A stretch of DNA of 63,855 nt from Negaprion brevirostris (taxonomy: Eukaryota), in assembly GCA_030324005.1 (NCBI GenBank), contig JARDVH010000163.1, positions 54,461,411-54,525,265 on the forward strand, given 5' to 3'. Under the pieces are notes generated by a model that saw only the letters and a program-made list of their open reading frames with translations, was not told the origin of the DNA and ran no database searches. Positions 38,301 to 53,084 of this stretch are shown piece by piece. Each line of letters opens with the position of its first letter. Within the stretch, counting starts at the first letter, position 1. The position numbers were made by a program, and so were the translations under genes.

Positions 38301-41300
38301 ACTAACTGACTATGTTGATGAAAACATTGAGTGGTTTTTGTGGTGGATTTGGTAGGGTAGTACAAAGTTAGTGCTCAGCGCAGTTCAACTAACTGACAAT
38401 CAGCTCCCACCATTCACCACTTCCCTCACCATTCCCCAAAGGATAAAAAATGGTATGAGTCTGAAGTGTAATGTTCAGCATTTGGGGGTTGCAAAAACAT
38501 TACTGCCCAGGGCCTAATCCAACTTTCCAACCACTTAATTTGAGGGGTAAATTTCAGTGTTGGATTGGAGAATGACAACATTTAATGGGCTTGGGAAGAG
38601 AGGACTTCTCGCAACATTTTTTTTTTACCCCCTGCACAAGCCCTCCCCCCAACACTGGGAGCCCAAAAGCCTCAAAAAGTAACAAAATGTGAGGATGGTG
38701 AATGCAGCTCCAGGAAAGGGCTTCAATCTCAACGTCAAACCATGGGATGGGAGGTACAAGACTTCTGAGGTGAGCAGATTGTGCCCTGTAGGGAAGAAGG
38801 AAAGTCTGACAAGACCCTGTGGACTTGGAACCTTTTACGTTTTGTTTGTGATGTCAAGACAACGATAGTTTTACATAAAGTAAGGTCAGAAACTTCATCT
38901 CCTTGGTACAGAATCTTGCTCAAGCCAAATGTTTTGGGAATTTAATCTTAATAACTCAAGAGCGTATTCCCACTTTTTCTCAATCTACATTGGGTAAGTC
39001 ATTTTATAAGAGATGGTTAGTTGATTAGTGCCTGATATCGTTTATATGTCTGCTTCGTTGTTTGGGCGCTGAGCTCCAGGCAAAATGCCAAGAGTCAGAT
39101 CATTTAGTATGCATTAGGGAAAATATAAAGGATAATCTGCAAAATGTGTATGCAATTAGCCCAAATCAGAAATGACAAAGAAAATGTATCCGGAAGTACT
39201 CCCTGTAGTTCTAACAAATTTTTAAATACAATCTTGTACATTTCTCTGTATTCTATTCTGTTTATATTAAAAAAAGGACTTCAGGGAAAGACCAGAAGAG
39301 TGGGATTAATTGGATATCTGTTAAAGAGCATGATGGGCAGAATATGCTATATCAGCCTGTTGTGGGCACTTATTTTCATCCAAGTAAGGACAGTTTGCAT
39401 TCTTGGGTATGAGTTTGAGATTTTAAATTGTGAAAATAAAGTAGATTTTCAGTGCTGTTGGCATGATACTGTAATAGGATAGTAATAGCCATTTCAAATC
39501 TAAATATTAATCTAGTACCATAAAATAGTTCATTTTAATTTTGTTTTTGGAATAGATAGATTAAAACAGGATTGTTAAATCAATTGCTTTAAGGTTGCTG
39601 TTGACTCCATTAGCTCAAGTCTGTGGTACCTGATTTGGGATCTGCAATACAAATGATTGATACAATATTAGTAAGACAGTCTTGTGAACCATTGAGAATA
39701 AGTTTTCATATTGAGNNNNNNNNNNNNNNNNNNNNNNNNNNNNNNNNNNNNNNNNNNNNNNNNNNNNNNNNNNNNNNNNNNNNNNNNNNNNNNNNNNNNN
39801 NNNNNNNNNNNNNNNATATTGAGATTTTTAAGGACTTTCTGATTTCACTCTCAAGTAGCCTAGCCCAGCCCTTACTTTAAGAAGATATCTTGCTCTGGAT
39901 TTTCAAATGGAGAAAATAGTTCTCTGTATCTACCCTATGGAATATTGAACCCATTTATCATTTAAAGCATGATTGGATCACCCTCAATTTCCTAAACTTG
40001 TGGAAATGCAAACCAAGTTTATGCAACCAATCTGTTTTAACTGGTGAAGCCCTGACATTCCAGTGAATTGCTGTAACCCCTCTAATGCCAAATTAGTTTA
40101 ATTGCCCAAAATGTATACATTATTCCTTTGTAACTTTGAGTTTCAATTGCTATTTTAGAGTTTAAAAACAATTTTAGTCCAAAATTGCATGGTATTCTGG
40201 CAGTATTCACTCACATCTGAGGGTTGCATTATAGATTATGGTTGTTGGTTGTAATAAGGATTGTGTTCATTTAATTTGCATAGCCTACTACAGTACTGTT
40301 AATGTTTCTTCACTTTTACTACTTAGCAAACATTGGCAATGTAATGTTAGAACTGTGTACTGGCTACTGTCTGATGTTGCAAGAGAAAATTGTTGATGAA
40401 AGTAATTCCACTGTGATTACATTCTTGGTGATTATCAGCATGTGTGGTAGTAGAATGTCTTCAATGAGTGAGTATTTGTTATGCAGTACACATTTAACTT
40501 GTTTTATTAGAAGGTATGTACTTGTATTTCAGATGCAGCTAGCTGGACCAGGGTTTGAAAGATGTTGCCAGTTGCTGAGAGAAATTGATATCAAGTTGGT
40601 AAAAGATGATTTGCTAGGAATTCAGAAGATAGATTGGAAACACCATGATGCAGTGACAATTGGCTTACTGATATGTTTCCTATTCCATAGACCTGTGTAT
40701 AAGAATGCTGCTTCAAACCAAAATGTTTTAATTGCTGTACTCAGCATAGTATTGATATCAACAGCAGAAATGTTTTAGCTTTTCGCTAGCTGAGGAATAC
40801 ATGGCTGAGCCATATTGGTCATTTCATATGCATTGGTTTAATTAAACAATTTAGTTCAATGTTCAAACACTAAACAATTTCTGTTACATTGAGATTTGTC
40901 TGTACAATCCTTATGTTTGTGTGTATGTCCTGCAACACCAGTTTAGAAAGTTAATTTCAATATGTAAGCTTCCAAATATCCACATTGGTTTTAATGACTC
41001 TAATGTGTTTACTCAGGACACTGATTTGGAGACCTGTGTTCTTGATTAGGCTTACCAGGAGGACGAGCAATAGATTACTTGTATCCTTAGGAGGAACATT
41101 ACAATTTAAGAACATACTTTTAAATTTGATATTTACATCTTCCTTCGTAAAATTACTGGTGCACTCTTGGTTGAATGAGTTCTTACTGTATAATACTACA
41201 GTTTGTTTATTGGATAGTGTATTATACTTGATTATATATGTCTGTATGTAAGTCCTTATTGGATCAATTTTACAAATGCTATGAAATTCAAGTGTTGAGA

Positions 41301-42289
41301 ACTTAAAACTAACATTTACGTGGTCTTGGGCATTTTAGGACAGTAAGTGATGGACACCACTAAACCAGTTGGTCACTTTTTTGTGTTTAATTGAATTGTT
41401 CATTTGAGAAACATGAAAATCGGCTCTGATTAAAGCTGTTGGGGGTATGGTTTTAAAATGTATGCATAAGCAGTGCTTGTTAATTAAATTATTTTAAGCA
41501 AATAACATTGAGAGAAAATATGCATGATTATCTTTAACATGGGAAATAGGGAAGAATAACCATTCACTTTAAGTTGCTCTCATTCACATAAGGATAGTCC
41601 CATCTGTTTTCCTTTTCTAAGTTGTTAAAAGCCTAATACTGCCAATATCAATTCTCAGCTGATTGCATGTTAGGTGAGTATGCAGATAAGGTGCAAAATA
41701 AATGCTTCCTCTGATCATGTATTATTATTAATTTACTGCATGATTAGAAGGATATGCCACACATTTCTCCCCATATCAGTTTAACACTCCACGTTCGAAT
41801 GGCTAGTATAGCATCATGTACAAAATGGCAATTACTTTGCTGTAAACTACAACATCAGGTCTTGATCACGATCAATGATGGCAAAACGTGTGGAATATTA
41901 CATATGAAGTATCAGTTTAGGGCAAGTGTTCTGAGCTCTTGCCACCCTATTAAAGGGGAATCTGATAACACTATAATTATGGCTGTAAAACCATTTGCAG
42001 TAGTTCTGGTACAGAAAATAGCCACATGAAGAAGAATACATTTCAGCAAATTTTATTTTTCTCCTTTTCCCTCACCCTGGGAGAAAATATATTTATCAAA
42101 TGGGCAGAGCCATAACTGTGGGAATTGCTTCTAAGAAGTAAGGTATCAGCAGTTTGTTCAAAAAAAGGCAAATAATATTTCTTGAAGATAGGTGAAAAAA
42201 ATTAAAACTTTTAAATTTGATACATTACTGAAGTTTCAGTGGTCTTATCAGTACTTTCCAGATAAATTAATACTTTTTTTCTTTTGCAG

Positions 42290-43920
42290 GAAATCTTCTA
42301 AAAGAACCAATTGCTCCTACAAACTCCACTTGCCAGCACTATGTCTGCAAAATGTGCAAAGGTAAAAAGATGATGATGAAACCCTCCTGTAGTTGGTGTA
42401 AAGATTATGAACAGTTTGAAGAAAATAAACAACTGAGCATCTTGGTGTGCTGCTACAAGAAACTATGTGAATATGTAGCTGAATCCCCAATTTCACAGCA
42501 TCTAGCTACTGTTATGGATGGCGCTCCTGACATCTTAACCCTGCTGCAAGAGGGACTCTCATTAGACGAAGAGAGGCAAGGAAGTTCTGCATTGACCAGT
42601 GCTTTAAATTTGTCAAATTCCCCAACTCCGTCAACCTCAGAATGCACCAGTGATCTCGAAATGGCAGCAACACCACGAATTATTGAAAATATTCAAGACA
42701 GCGAACGGCTTTCAAGTAATACTGAACTAACCTGCTCTAGTTTCAATGGGTTGCCTGGTTGCAATGGACTTCCAGCTGGTGAATTTACTGTAAATATTAT
42801 TTCTTCGGAAAATTCAGAAAGGCTTAATACATCCTGCACTGGGGAGGACTTCAAAAGTAGGGACATTTCTGACAGCTTGCAGGCAGTCAACGAAGTAATT
42901 TCTTGTAGTAATGTTGATGTAGTGGGAGTTGACATTTGCAGTTATGGTGAAGACATAAATCCGATTGGTTCTTTGTTATTCACCAGTGGACGTGTACTTC
43001 AAGATTTAGAAACAGTTGCAAATAATCTTGAGGTCTGTAGCAATTACTCACAACCTATTTCTGAGGCAAGTACACCCAATGGACCTCTTATGGATGCCAA
43101 ACCTATCTCCTTGCCTCCTAAAAGCAGTATTTTTGTTTCTAGCAATGCACCTCCTCATGGTATTCCCTGTGTAGCAGCAACACCCAAAATTGTACGAGGG
43201 AATCGGAAGCGTTCTCGATCAGAGAGCGACAGTGAAAAAATTCAACCCCTGCCTATTTCCAGCATTATACACGGCCCACCTTTAGGGGCTGCTGCTCCTG
43301 TTCCTGCCAAACGAGAGACCAAGTTGTCCACAGAAACTGTCGTCACAGTGCCAAATGGCGGCACGCTAAAAGTGGGCAAATCCTTGCTTCCGGCCAGTAA
43401 AAGTGTTAAAAAGCATGCAGAACATGGAGCAAAGAAATCACACTCGAAAGTGAAGCAGGGAACAACCAAATCTAAAACCAAGGAGAAAGTTCATAGCAGT
43501 ACTGTTATGCCTGGTAGCCCATCAAAAATAGCATACAAAAAGCCCCAAGAGAAGAAGGGGTGTAAGTGTGGACGTGCTACACAAAACCCAAGTGTTCTTA
43601 CGTGTCGTGGGCAACGTTGCCCTTGTTACTCAAATCGCAAGGCCTGTTTGGACTGCATTTGCCGTGGTTGCCAGAACTCATATATGGCCAACGGCGAAAA
43701 AAAATTGGAGGCTTTTGCTGTGCCAGAAAAGGCCTTGGAGCAGACCAGGCTTACTGTGGGCATCAGCTTAACCAGCATCAGCAATGCGGTGCGTAATGCA
43801 AGCACGAGCGCAAGTGTCATCAATGTGACAACGGGGTCACCCATACCAACTTTCCTAGCTGCCAGTCCACATGACGACAAAAGCTTGGATGAAGCTATTG
43901 ACTATAGATATGACTGTTAG
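42290..43920 (+). CDS. MSL2: MSL2 coding exon 2 (rest of the RING, linker, CXC domain, stop)
   Basis: Polypyrimidine tract plus CAG acceptor; NLLKEPIAPTNSTCQHYVCKMC...CSWCKDYEQFEENKQL; CXC domain GCKCGRATQNPSVLTCRGQRCPCYSNRKACLDCICRGCQNSY; TAG at 43918-43920. The spliced CDS is 1773 nt (590 aa). Confidence 0.98.
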
Positions 43921-46150
43921 ATTGGAATTGATCTGGTAGACCTTAGGCTTGTCCCTATTCATGGGGATGGCTACATCTTTAAGGCAGCTATAGTTCTGTT
44001 TTTGGGGAAAATAGACTTAGTCGAACTTGCCGTAGTGCTTTGGGTATAGATCACTTGAAGTAAATGTAAATCATCAGGCCTGGCTCCAAAAAGGAGGAAT
44101 AGGTTAATTTGTTGAATAAGATGTAATTAATGAACTGTTGCAAGTGACTTATACTGAACAATCTTTGGCAAGAGAAATTTGACCTCATTGTTGCTGCTTA
44201 TGCATTGTGCATAATCGCAAAAGGTTAAGGTGTAATTTAAAAAAGCAGAAAATGGTGAACTACAGTACGAACAGTTTAAGAAAATTACATGTAGAATATA
44301 ATGTCACTTTTTATATGCAGATTATTTTTGTGTTCTCTAAATCAAAAGAAACATTGGTTTTGTTTTATTTTGGTAATGTCATTAGATGACCCAAGAATAT
44401 ATTTAAAACAAAATGCCTCATTATTTTCTAATGACTGCATTAGCATGAATCAGTTGCACAAAGCAAAACACTCCCATTACACCTGTGTAGTTACACATTC
44501 AAGTAGAAATAAGGATGACACTTTATAGACGCACATGATATATATTTTTTTCCCTCAGGTCTGCTTGTTTCATTAGGAGAACCATCTGGTGCTCAATATG
44601 TAATTCTGTCATGAATGGTGGTTGCTGGAAGACCCCACCCCACCCTGCACATGCACTTAGATGCCTACAATTGAAGAGGGTGTTGAAGCTATATTAACGA
44701 AAGTGTGTACAGATGAAGCTTATTGAGTTGGCTAAGTTGTGCACAGGTGTCTTAATCTGGCCAGAAATATTTTGTGCAAGCATTTCTCTACAATATCTGA
44801 GGGGTTTATCCTGTTATGGATTCACAGTTTCGTAATAATCTGCTACTATGCTGGATGCTACCGTTCTCCACAGCCTCAGTGCTCAGTGGTGATATGAAAA
44901 GCAGGGTGGTGAAGAATTTTAATTTATTCACCCCAAATGTGCATATTATAGTAGTGCCTCTGCATTACTGGCTGTCTGCCATTGGGTAGCATAGCACTTA
45001 TTTTGTACTATATTTACAAAGTGCACCCATGGCTTCTAGTGCCAGATAGTTAGTACTGCAGCCGGCAGTTAATTCTTGGCATGCCTGACCACATTGGCAA
45101 ATTCAGGTTTCACATTGGCACAAAATCAGCTGAGTAACAAAGCAACCAGTACCTGTGTAATTATGCAATTTGGTCCACGTGTTCATATAAAATTGAAAGG
45201 AATCAATACAATAAATGTTATTAAGGCACTTCAAAAACGGGGACTAGTGCATGTGCTCTTCTCTTCCCCCTCATCCTTTTTCAAAAAGACCCAGTATTTC
45301 ATCATTAATATCTCAATCCCGTTACATGTGTCAATGTGGCTGAACTGCTTGTACCACTGTCCACCATTGTGATGAAGTATATGAAATTACTCCTCAGCCT
45401 CACTTCTGGTTTGGCACATAGCATGCACAACAATGGTTACTCACATAGTGTAAATGTGCAGGAAAACTTTCACATGCAGAAGGAGATTGAATGGCACCTT
45501 TTTGTTTTTATAGTGTAGCTGGTGTCATATCCTGTGAATGTGGTCAAGTAGTGTTTTGAAGCCATAGGAATAATGTGATGTTTTGTGTCCAGTCTGTACT
45601 TTAATTTTTTTGTTTTTTTTGTTTTTTTCCTTTTTTTGTTTTGAGAGAAGAATTGAAAACAATTTTTGATAATGAGAGTAAATGGTGGAAAATGCTTCTT
45701 CAGTTTTCTTGTCTTTTTTAGCACCTAAGGCACCTACATTTTTTTTTGATCTTTTACGTCCGTGGTAGATTAATGTCTTAGCAAAGCTATGTTTCTTTGT
45801 ATTTGTGTAATGTGATTTCTGTATGCTGACCAAAAAAAAATCCACTAATTGAGTAGGTGGTTGATCCTAACTCTCGCATGAACTCTGTGCTTGCTGTTCG
45901 AGCATTGGAAACAGAAATACTGATATATAACCACACAAGTCCGTGGAACCATTTCATGACATTTTTGCAAAGCTGTGAAGCTGTATTAACACTGTTGATT
46001 TCCTGTTACTCGTGGTAAAAGTTGGTGCAGATTCCATTGAGGAACCTAAAGAAATCCTTAATTTTTTTTTAATGCTGGTATACTCACTGCCGCTTTTCCG
46101 GAACATGTATGAGAAAGTAATGAATAAATACATTAGTTTTATACTACTCT
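43921..46150 (+). other. MSL2: Probable MSL2 3' UTR, with AATAAA signals at 45210 and 46123
   Basis: AU-rich sequence with no recognisable transposon after the stop codon; two canonical polyA hexamers. The true 3' end is inferred. Confidence 0.6.
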
Positions 46151-46789
46151 GGTTTAGCTATATTGAGGGTGCAATGGCTAATTACTGCATTGGCTGAAAG
46201 ATGCAAAATATGTGCATGTTAGCATACCTGGTCAGTTTTGTTCAGTTATGAGCTTTAACAGGGGATTAAATAGTCACTGCACTTGCAGTCTAGTACTCGA
46301 AAGTATTTTTTATTTTGAATTGAAAGGAAACGTAATTGGCTGTTGACTAAAAGGAAATAAGGCAGAACAAAAATGTTTTATAAAGCACTTATCAGTACTT
46401 CCAGCAATTTCTGTATTTTTTATAACTGTTTAGATTTACTGAGTCTGGTGATGTTACCATGAGTTCTCTGTTAAAGGAGCTAAGCTGCAATGGAGCAGAA
46501 TTAATTTTGACATATTATTTCATGTCCTTTCCTGTCATTTCAACAAGGCTACATGAATTCAACTCATTTGCACTGTTAGCCCCGTGTTTGGAGGAACTAC
46601 TCAACCTATCGATATATTAGCTCTTTGTTTTTGTCACAATACATTATCACAAAACAAAAGGGCCATCTGGCAGAATAGGCTGTTACATCATTTCATTGGG
46701 GGGACAGTAGGTTAACAATCTTGGCTGCGTCTTTGGATGAAAGATGTCAAATTAATTATTACTGTACAAAAGAATGCAGTATTGAGTTT

Positions 46790-47480
46790 GATTTGATTTA
46801 TTATTGCCATGTGTGTTAACATACAGTGAAAAGTATTGTTTCTTGTGCTGTAGAGACAAAACATATTCATAGAGAAGGAAATGAGAGCGTGCAGAATGTA
46901 GTGTTACAGTTACAGCTAGGGTGTAGAGAAAGACTAACTTAATGCAAGGTAAGTCTGTTCAAAAATCTGACAGCAGCAGGAAGAAGCTGTTCTTGAGTTG
47001 GTATGTGTCCTCAGACTTTTGTATATTTTTCTTGAAGGAAGAAGGTGGAATGCCCAAGGTGCATGGGGTCCTTAATTACACTGGCTGCTTTGCTGAGGCA
47101 GCAGGAANNNNNNNNNNNNNNNNNNNNNNNNNNNNNNNNNNNNNNNNNNNNNNNNNNNNNNNNNNNNNNNNNNNNNNNNNNNNNNNNNNNNNNNNNNNNN
47201 NNNNNNNNNNNNNNNNNNNNNNNNNNNNNNNNNNNNNNNNNNNNNNNNNNNNNNNNNNNNNNNNNNNNNNNNNNNNNNNNNNNNNNNNNNNNNNNNNNNN
47301 NNNNNNNNNNNNNNNNNNNNNNNNNNNNNNNNNNNNNNNNNNNNNNNNNNNNNNNNNNNNNNNNNNNNNNNNNNNNNNNNNNNNNNNNNNNNNNNNNNNN
47401 NNNNNNNNNNNNNNNNNNNNNNNNNCATTGATGTGGATGGGGGCATGTTCTCCTGAAGTCGATGACGATCTCCAGCCACC
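46790..47480 (-). mobile_element. LINE 3' fragment (possibly Rex1/Babar-like), partly in a gap
   Basis: (TTTGA)n tail followed by TTTATT and AAGAAGCTGTTCTTGAG. The family assignment is tentative. Confidence 0.5.
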
Positions 47481-50400
47481 CTCAAGAACAGTGGTGACAT
47501 CCTGTGTTTGGTTCACTACATTCTAGCCACAGGTTATACTTGAGCATGAGAAAATGATTCATGTTCTGGGGACATAGTCATGAAAATGATAGAATTTTTA
47601 TGTAAGACTATTCTACAAGAACTGAACCCTTGAGCGGTTGCTGTTGACCATGGGTATTCATATTTTTTGACTGAGATGAGCATCAGTAAAATCTAATATG
47701 CATGTTGTCATACTTTTCCAGCAGAGAGCCTTGTGTTGTGATAGGTATGGTATTTTCTCCTTTGTCTAACACAGAGCATTGAGCTTAATGGTGGCCTTCC
47801 ACAAGTTATGTCAGCTGAGATCAGCTAATATGGCACAGACTGAGAATTAAAATTGGGACCTTTTAGTCTAGAGGGGTAGAGGCAGCAGAGGGGTCTTTCT
47901 GTTCATTAAACCATCAAAGGAGATTGGAGTCCCAAAATTCTTAGTTCTTCCATGAGTGCATATACTGGAATAAACCCACGATCTCAGACCAGAAATCCCA
48001 AGGATGGAGTCTTAAATTATTTGTATGGGTACAATAAAAGCAATTACCCTGATTTCAGGGCAGTACCCAGCCATTGTAACGGAGGCTGAAGCTGTTCTTG
48101 GGCCAAAGACAAGTTCGTAGTGAATTTTATTTTTTACTGATGGTGCAAGTTGCAAGAATTTTTAAGAGCGATAGAGCAACTATGATATCTTTCTCCTGAG
48201 AGTTTCTAGAGTATCAGTTGGATAAGTGATGTAAGCCCACCACCCGCCCTCCCCCAGGATGTTTGGGGATAGACAGGATGAATGCGAACGGTGAAATGCT
48301 ATTATCTGGTCCCATCCTAAATTGCTGCCTCCCCGCCACAGTGAGGGATAAATTAAACTTTCCGCCATTTCGATCACCAGCAATCTTGGGACCAGGATTT
48401 TTATCTTATTGCTTCATTTAACACAGTTTATAAAATTCACCTAGTATATCACCATTAATTTTGTTCACTGCTGTTTTATATAGCTTTGAATATTAGTGGA
48501 ATACTGAATTTAACCTAGAAATGTTGGATGATGTCCACTTCGTTTTGATTTGAGTACTGTTTGATTCAGATGCAGCTTAGCCCATTTTAATAGGAGCTTG
48601 AAAAACTACAGCTTACAGGTTGGAGTAACTAAGTTACATGTGAAATTGTTTAAAATCCAACATTTTAATTGCAAAACTCATAGTTTTTGAATTTAAAGGA
48701 AATTATGCCACAAATTGATTTGAACTTCAAAAGATCATAAAGCATAATTAGCTGGTGTATGCAATTTCCTGAATATGTTAGTAGCTGTTTTGTTATATAC
48801 AGGCAAAACTGCTAGGTATTGCTTGTAGGTCATCCAAGATAATCTCCCTATCTAATTGTAAACCTTTTATGTATCTGTATATAAGGTACTGTGCCATGTT
48901 TAAATTGGCTGCCACGTTTGCCTAAAAGATCTTGAGTGATCCAAAATTAATTGGTTATGAAGTTCTTTAGGATAGCCTGACGATTTGAAAGATGCCATAT
49001 AAATGCAAATACCTTTTTAAGCACTATTTCAACCGCTAAGCTGTTGGTATTTTCATCTGTATTTTGCTCCTGTCCCCTGTTTTTTGGAAAATGTGAATGA
49101 ATGGGTGTGACTATTAGCAACAATCCTGCTTATTCACTCATTTTAAATTCACAGGCAGGTGGCATGACAATATTGAACATTTGTAAACTTCAGAAATCAA
49201 TGGAAATTGATAAGAGTAACTGTAAGAGCACAGGCTGTAGGTTAGCAGAATAGTTTCCATGTGACATCAATTTGGATGAATTACGCTTTGCCAGGTAGAA
49301 GCTGGTGATGGTCACCATCTAGTTCAATTTCTCCAGCGCGCATGGATATGGCTTTCATTGACTATGCTATAAAGAGATGGCCATGATGTATTGGAGATTA
49401 AAATAGGCGTTCTTATTGACGGAGTGGATTTTTGTTCTTGCCCCGGTACTTTACACGATTTACTTAAGAATGGGATTGATTAGGTTTACAGCAGGTATGT
49501 GTCTGGAAAGAAACATTTGTAAACGAACAACACCAAAAAAGATCTCTCATTGCTCATCAATATTTCACATCATTGGCATTTTTTGGATGCTAAATAGCAC
49601 TTTTTAACTTCTACAATCATGAAGTGGAACTTGATATCCCCACTTGCTGTTGCAGCATCCTTGATTGAACGAAGACCTGATCTGCCTACTGCTCCCTTGT
49701 TGTTTCTGACTGGAATTCTTTTTTCTATTGTGTCCAATCAGATGCCCTTTCATAATTTAGGTCAGCCTTGAGCATCTATCTGTGCGGTTTCTGACCAATG
49801 ATTCCTCTGACAGCTATCTGCTAGATCTTGCTCTTTTTATTGTCAACTAATTAGAAGATTGTTACTTGTTGCTTGGTTATATTAGATGTCCAATCATTCC
49901 TGTTTAATGTAATTTCCAAATTTTTTCCAGAAGTTTACTCGATACTGTTAATACTATTAATACTTTACTGAGTCAAATTTTGTAAATCATTTGTATAACA
50001 TCTTTATTTCTTATTATTTTAGAATTATGACTAGGCATGTAAGACAATATTAAGAGCTTCACAAGCGTATAATGTGACCTTAACTTTGGACAGAAAGCAA
50101 TGCAATGAAAACGTCAAGGGAGAAGGTAAAGTCACCGCTGTCTTAAATGACCGTAGGCTGCCCTCCCCCTTTGAGGGAGAAAGCTGGTGGTGAATTAACC
50201 TGACGAGCATTACACCTCAGGCAAGGGATATGGTTAAGAAGGCGGACCTTCATGAATAACCTCAACCCTCGTGGGAATTTAAACACATTGTCATTCTGCA
50301 GCACAAGCCAGGTGTCCAACCAATTGAACTAACTGAGCTCCATCATCAACAACAAACATGAAAAGGGCATTGATTATATTTGAATGATAAGCTTGTCAAG

Positions 50401-50919
50401 CTGAGCCTATTAGAGGTTGCTAATAAATTAAGCAGCAAGAAAATTCTACTTGTGAAATTGATGCACATGTGCTTGTGATGCTGATGTTTGCATCTTAAGT
50501 GCCCTAGGTGGTAGGACTGGAGTTGAAAGTATCAGAAAATAAATCCAGATTAACACCATTTACAGAAAATTTAAAACATGTTCATTACATGTCATTCCTG
50601 TTTCATAAAGCTACTTTTCCTTCAGGGCTTTCACCTGAGAGCCAACAAAGTACCAGTTCCTGCTGTACGTTTTCAGATTTTGTTATAAGAATGTAAACAC
50701 TTATATGTATACCACATTTCTCTTACCTGCTTAGTTATGTGATAACCCCATTTTTAAGGATTCATGTACCAGTTTTGCTCTATTTTCATTTCTTTGTATC
50801 TCCAAATTGAATTTCCTGTTTTAGTGACGTTTTACAGATATTAAATAGAAATGAGGTGCATCACTTAATGTTAATAAGCCACCCAGGCCAGATGAGATTT
50901 ACAGTACACAGAACTGGGG

Positions 50920-51750
50920 TGAGGACAGAATTATAGCAGTGATGCCAAAAAACTGGAAGTCTACAAATGAAGGAGAGGGATCACTGCAGGGCAGTTAGTC
51001 TAACATCAGCTTGGAAAAACTGCTAGATACCATTGTTGAGGACAAAATTAATTCTCGTTTGAGCAAACACAGATTTGTTAAAGGCAGGTTATGTTTGATT
51101 AACCTGACGAGTTCTTTGACATAACAGGGTTATGCAATAAACATATAAATAGATTTTCAAAAGTCCATGTTGATAAGTGTGATGTTTCAGATTTATTCAA
51201 AAAAAGCATATTCTATAAAAGAGAGGATAATAACTTGGGTAGGTAACGAATGGAAGGCAGAGAATAGTGGCGAACAGGTATTATTTGTGACAGGTTTGCA
51301 GTGGGTTCCACTAAGGGTTGGATAGTAAGACCATTGCTATTTATAGATCACCTGGACTTGGGCATACCATTTTGAAGTTTGTGGATGATAAAATCTATGA
51401 CTACAGCAAATAGTGAATAGGATAGTTGTAGACTTCAAGAGGACATAGACTTGAAATGGGCAGGAATGGGAAATGCAATTTAATTTTGTCAAATGTGAGG
51501 TGATGTAATTTGGAAAAGAATCTAAATGGTACTATTTTCAAAGCGTGCAAGAGTAAAAGGACCTGTTGGACACTTTCACAAATCCAAGGACTGCAGGTAA
51601 GCTGATAAAATAAAGTGTAAGTGATTATTTGGCTTTGTAATAATGGCATTCAATACAAAAACAGGACATTGTAGCAGAGAAGGATATGGGGAGGCCTAAT
51701 AGAACCATTCAGAGTCACGAGAAATGTTGATAGAGCAAATAGGAAAACAA
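50920..51750 (+). mobile_element. Highly decayed CR1 LINE RT fragment
   Basis: Remnants of GRLCLINL, DFQK, LKFVDDK and MQFN..KCEV motifs. Confidence 0.65.
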
Positions 51751-51759
51751 AGCATCCTT

Positions 51760-52035
51760 ATTTTCTTTATTCTTATCACAGGTAGGGTTACATTAACACT
51801 GCAATGAAGTTACTGTGAAAATCCTCTAGTGCTGCACTGTGCTACCTGTTGGGATATACTGAGGGAGAATTTAGCATAGCCAGTGCACCTAACCAGCACG
51901 TCTTCTGGCACATGGGAGGAAACCGGAACACAAACCCACACAGACATGGGGAGACAGTGCAGACTTCGCACAGACTGTGGCACAAGCTGGGAATTGAACC
52001 TGGGCCCCTGGTGCTGTGAGGCATCTATGCTAACT
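51760..52035 (-). mobile_element. V-SINE, same subfamily as 53085-53375, inverted
   Basis: Reverse-complement match to the 53085 copy: GGGAGAATTTAGCAT...GGGAGGAAACCGG...GGGAATTGAACC. Confidence 0.8.
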
Positions 52036-53084
52036 ACCCCCTAGGAAGCGGGTTGGTAATCCAATCAACGAGAGGAGAAATTTAGATGTTGTAAAGAGTT
52101 TGAACACTACCTGAAAAGGTGAAGGAGTCAGATTCCGTGGGAGTTTTCAAAAAGCAATTGGACCTCTGCTTGAAAAGAACGCATTTGCAGGGTTATGGGG
52201 AAAATGTGTGCTAAACGAGCAGCTCTTTCAGAGATAACATAGACTCCAATTCTATGACCGTGCTGCTGTGGTGAGCCGACACAATTGTGTACAAGGCTAG
52301 AAATTGGGTTCGCGTCTGCATGCAGTTTCCGGCCCTGTTTGGTCAGCGGAATCAACTTCGCATGTCATTACCGTGCCAACGTGTTCCGCGCGGTTGTTTA
52401 AGGGCTCATGGACACTCAATACCTTGCCAACATGACCTCCCACTGACTCCCATCAGCGGAGACCAGATATGATGGCCATGCTTGGGGAATTGAAGCCCCC
52501 GGGGGTTCGGACATGGCTGGGCAATGTCCACCATAAGTGTGCTGGGGTGTGGCTGGAGCCGGAGTAGGGGAGGAAGGAGTATGCACAATGATNNNNNNNN
52601 NNNNNNNNNNNNNNAGGTGAGGTCTTGATGTTGGCGACTCATGCTGCTGTGAGGTAGGACAGAGGGAGAACATGTGTCGCTGATGATGAGTGAGGTCTGA
52701 TGCCCATGGGAGGGGGCCTCCCAGTTCAGAGATTGCGATCTGAAGCTAGTTTTACCGACGAACCTAGGCTGTGCCCCCCTACCCCAATCGCTGCGAATCC
52801 CTCTACTATCATGTAAGGTTGCATTGCCGACCTTTCCCAAAAACACTCTCTCAGATTTTTATGATACTTGCAATCCAAAGGTGCAATCTTACAAAAAATG
52901 TTCTAACAGCAATACTGTGTTCAGCTCATGAATGAAAGCTTTATGGTATTTTGTTTTTAAAAAAATCTTAGGTCCTTATCCTTTGTTTCTGCGGTATAAA
53001 AGGATTTTGAACATTTGTATAATTTCACTTGTTAACGCTTAATGAAAACAAATTAGACTGCATGCTGCTATCACATAAGACCGT

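Noticed and set aside
42352-42354. ORF-track start of MSL2 at 42352
   Set aside because: It is an internal Met; the main CDS begins in exon 1 at 35246 and splices to 42290.
42453-43880. Antisense ORFs within MSL2 exon 2
   Set aside because: They are shadow frames of the real CDS.
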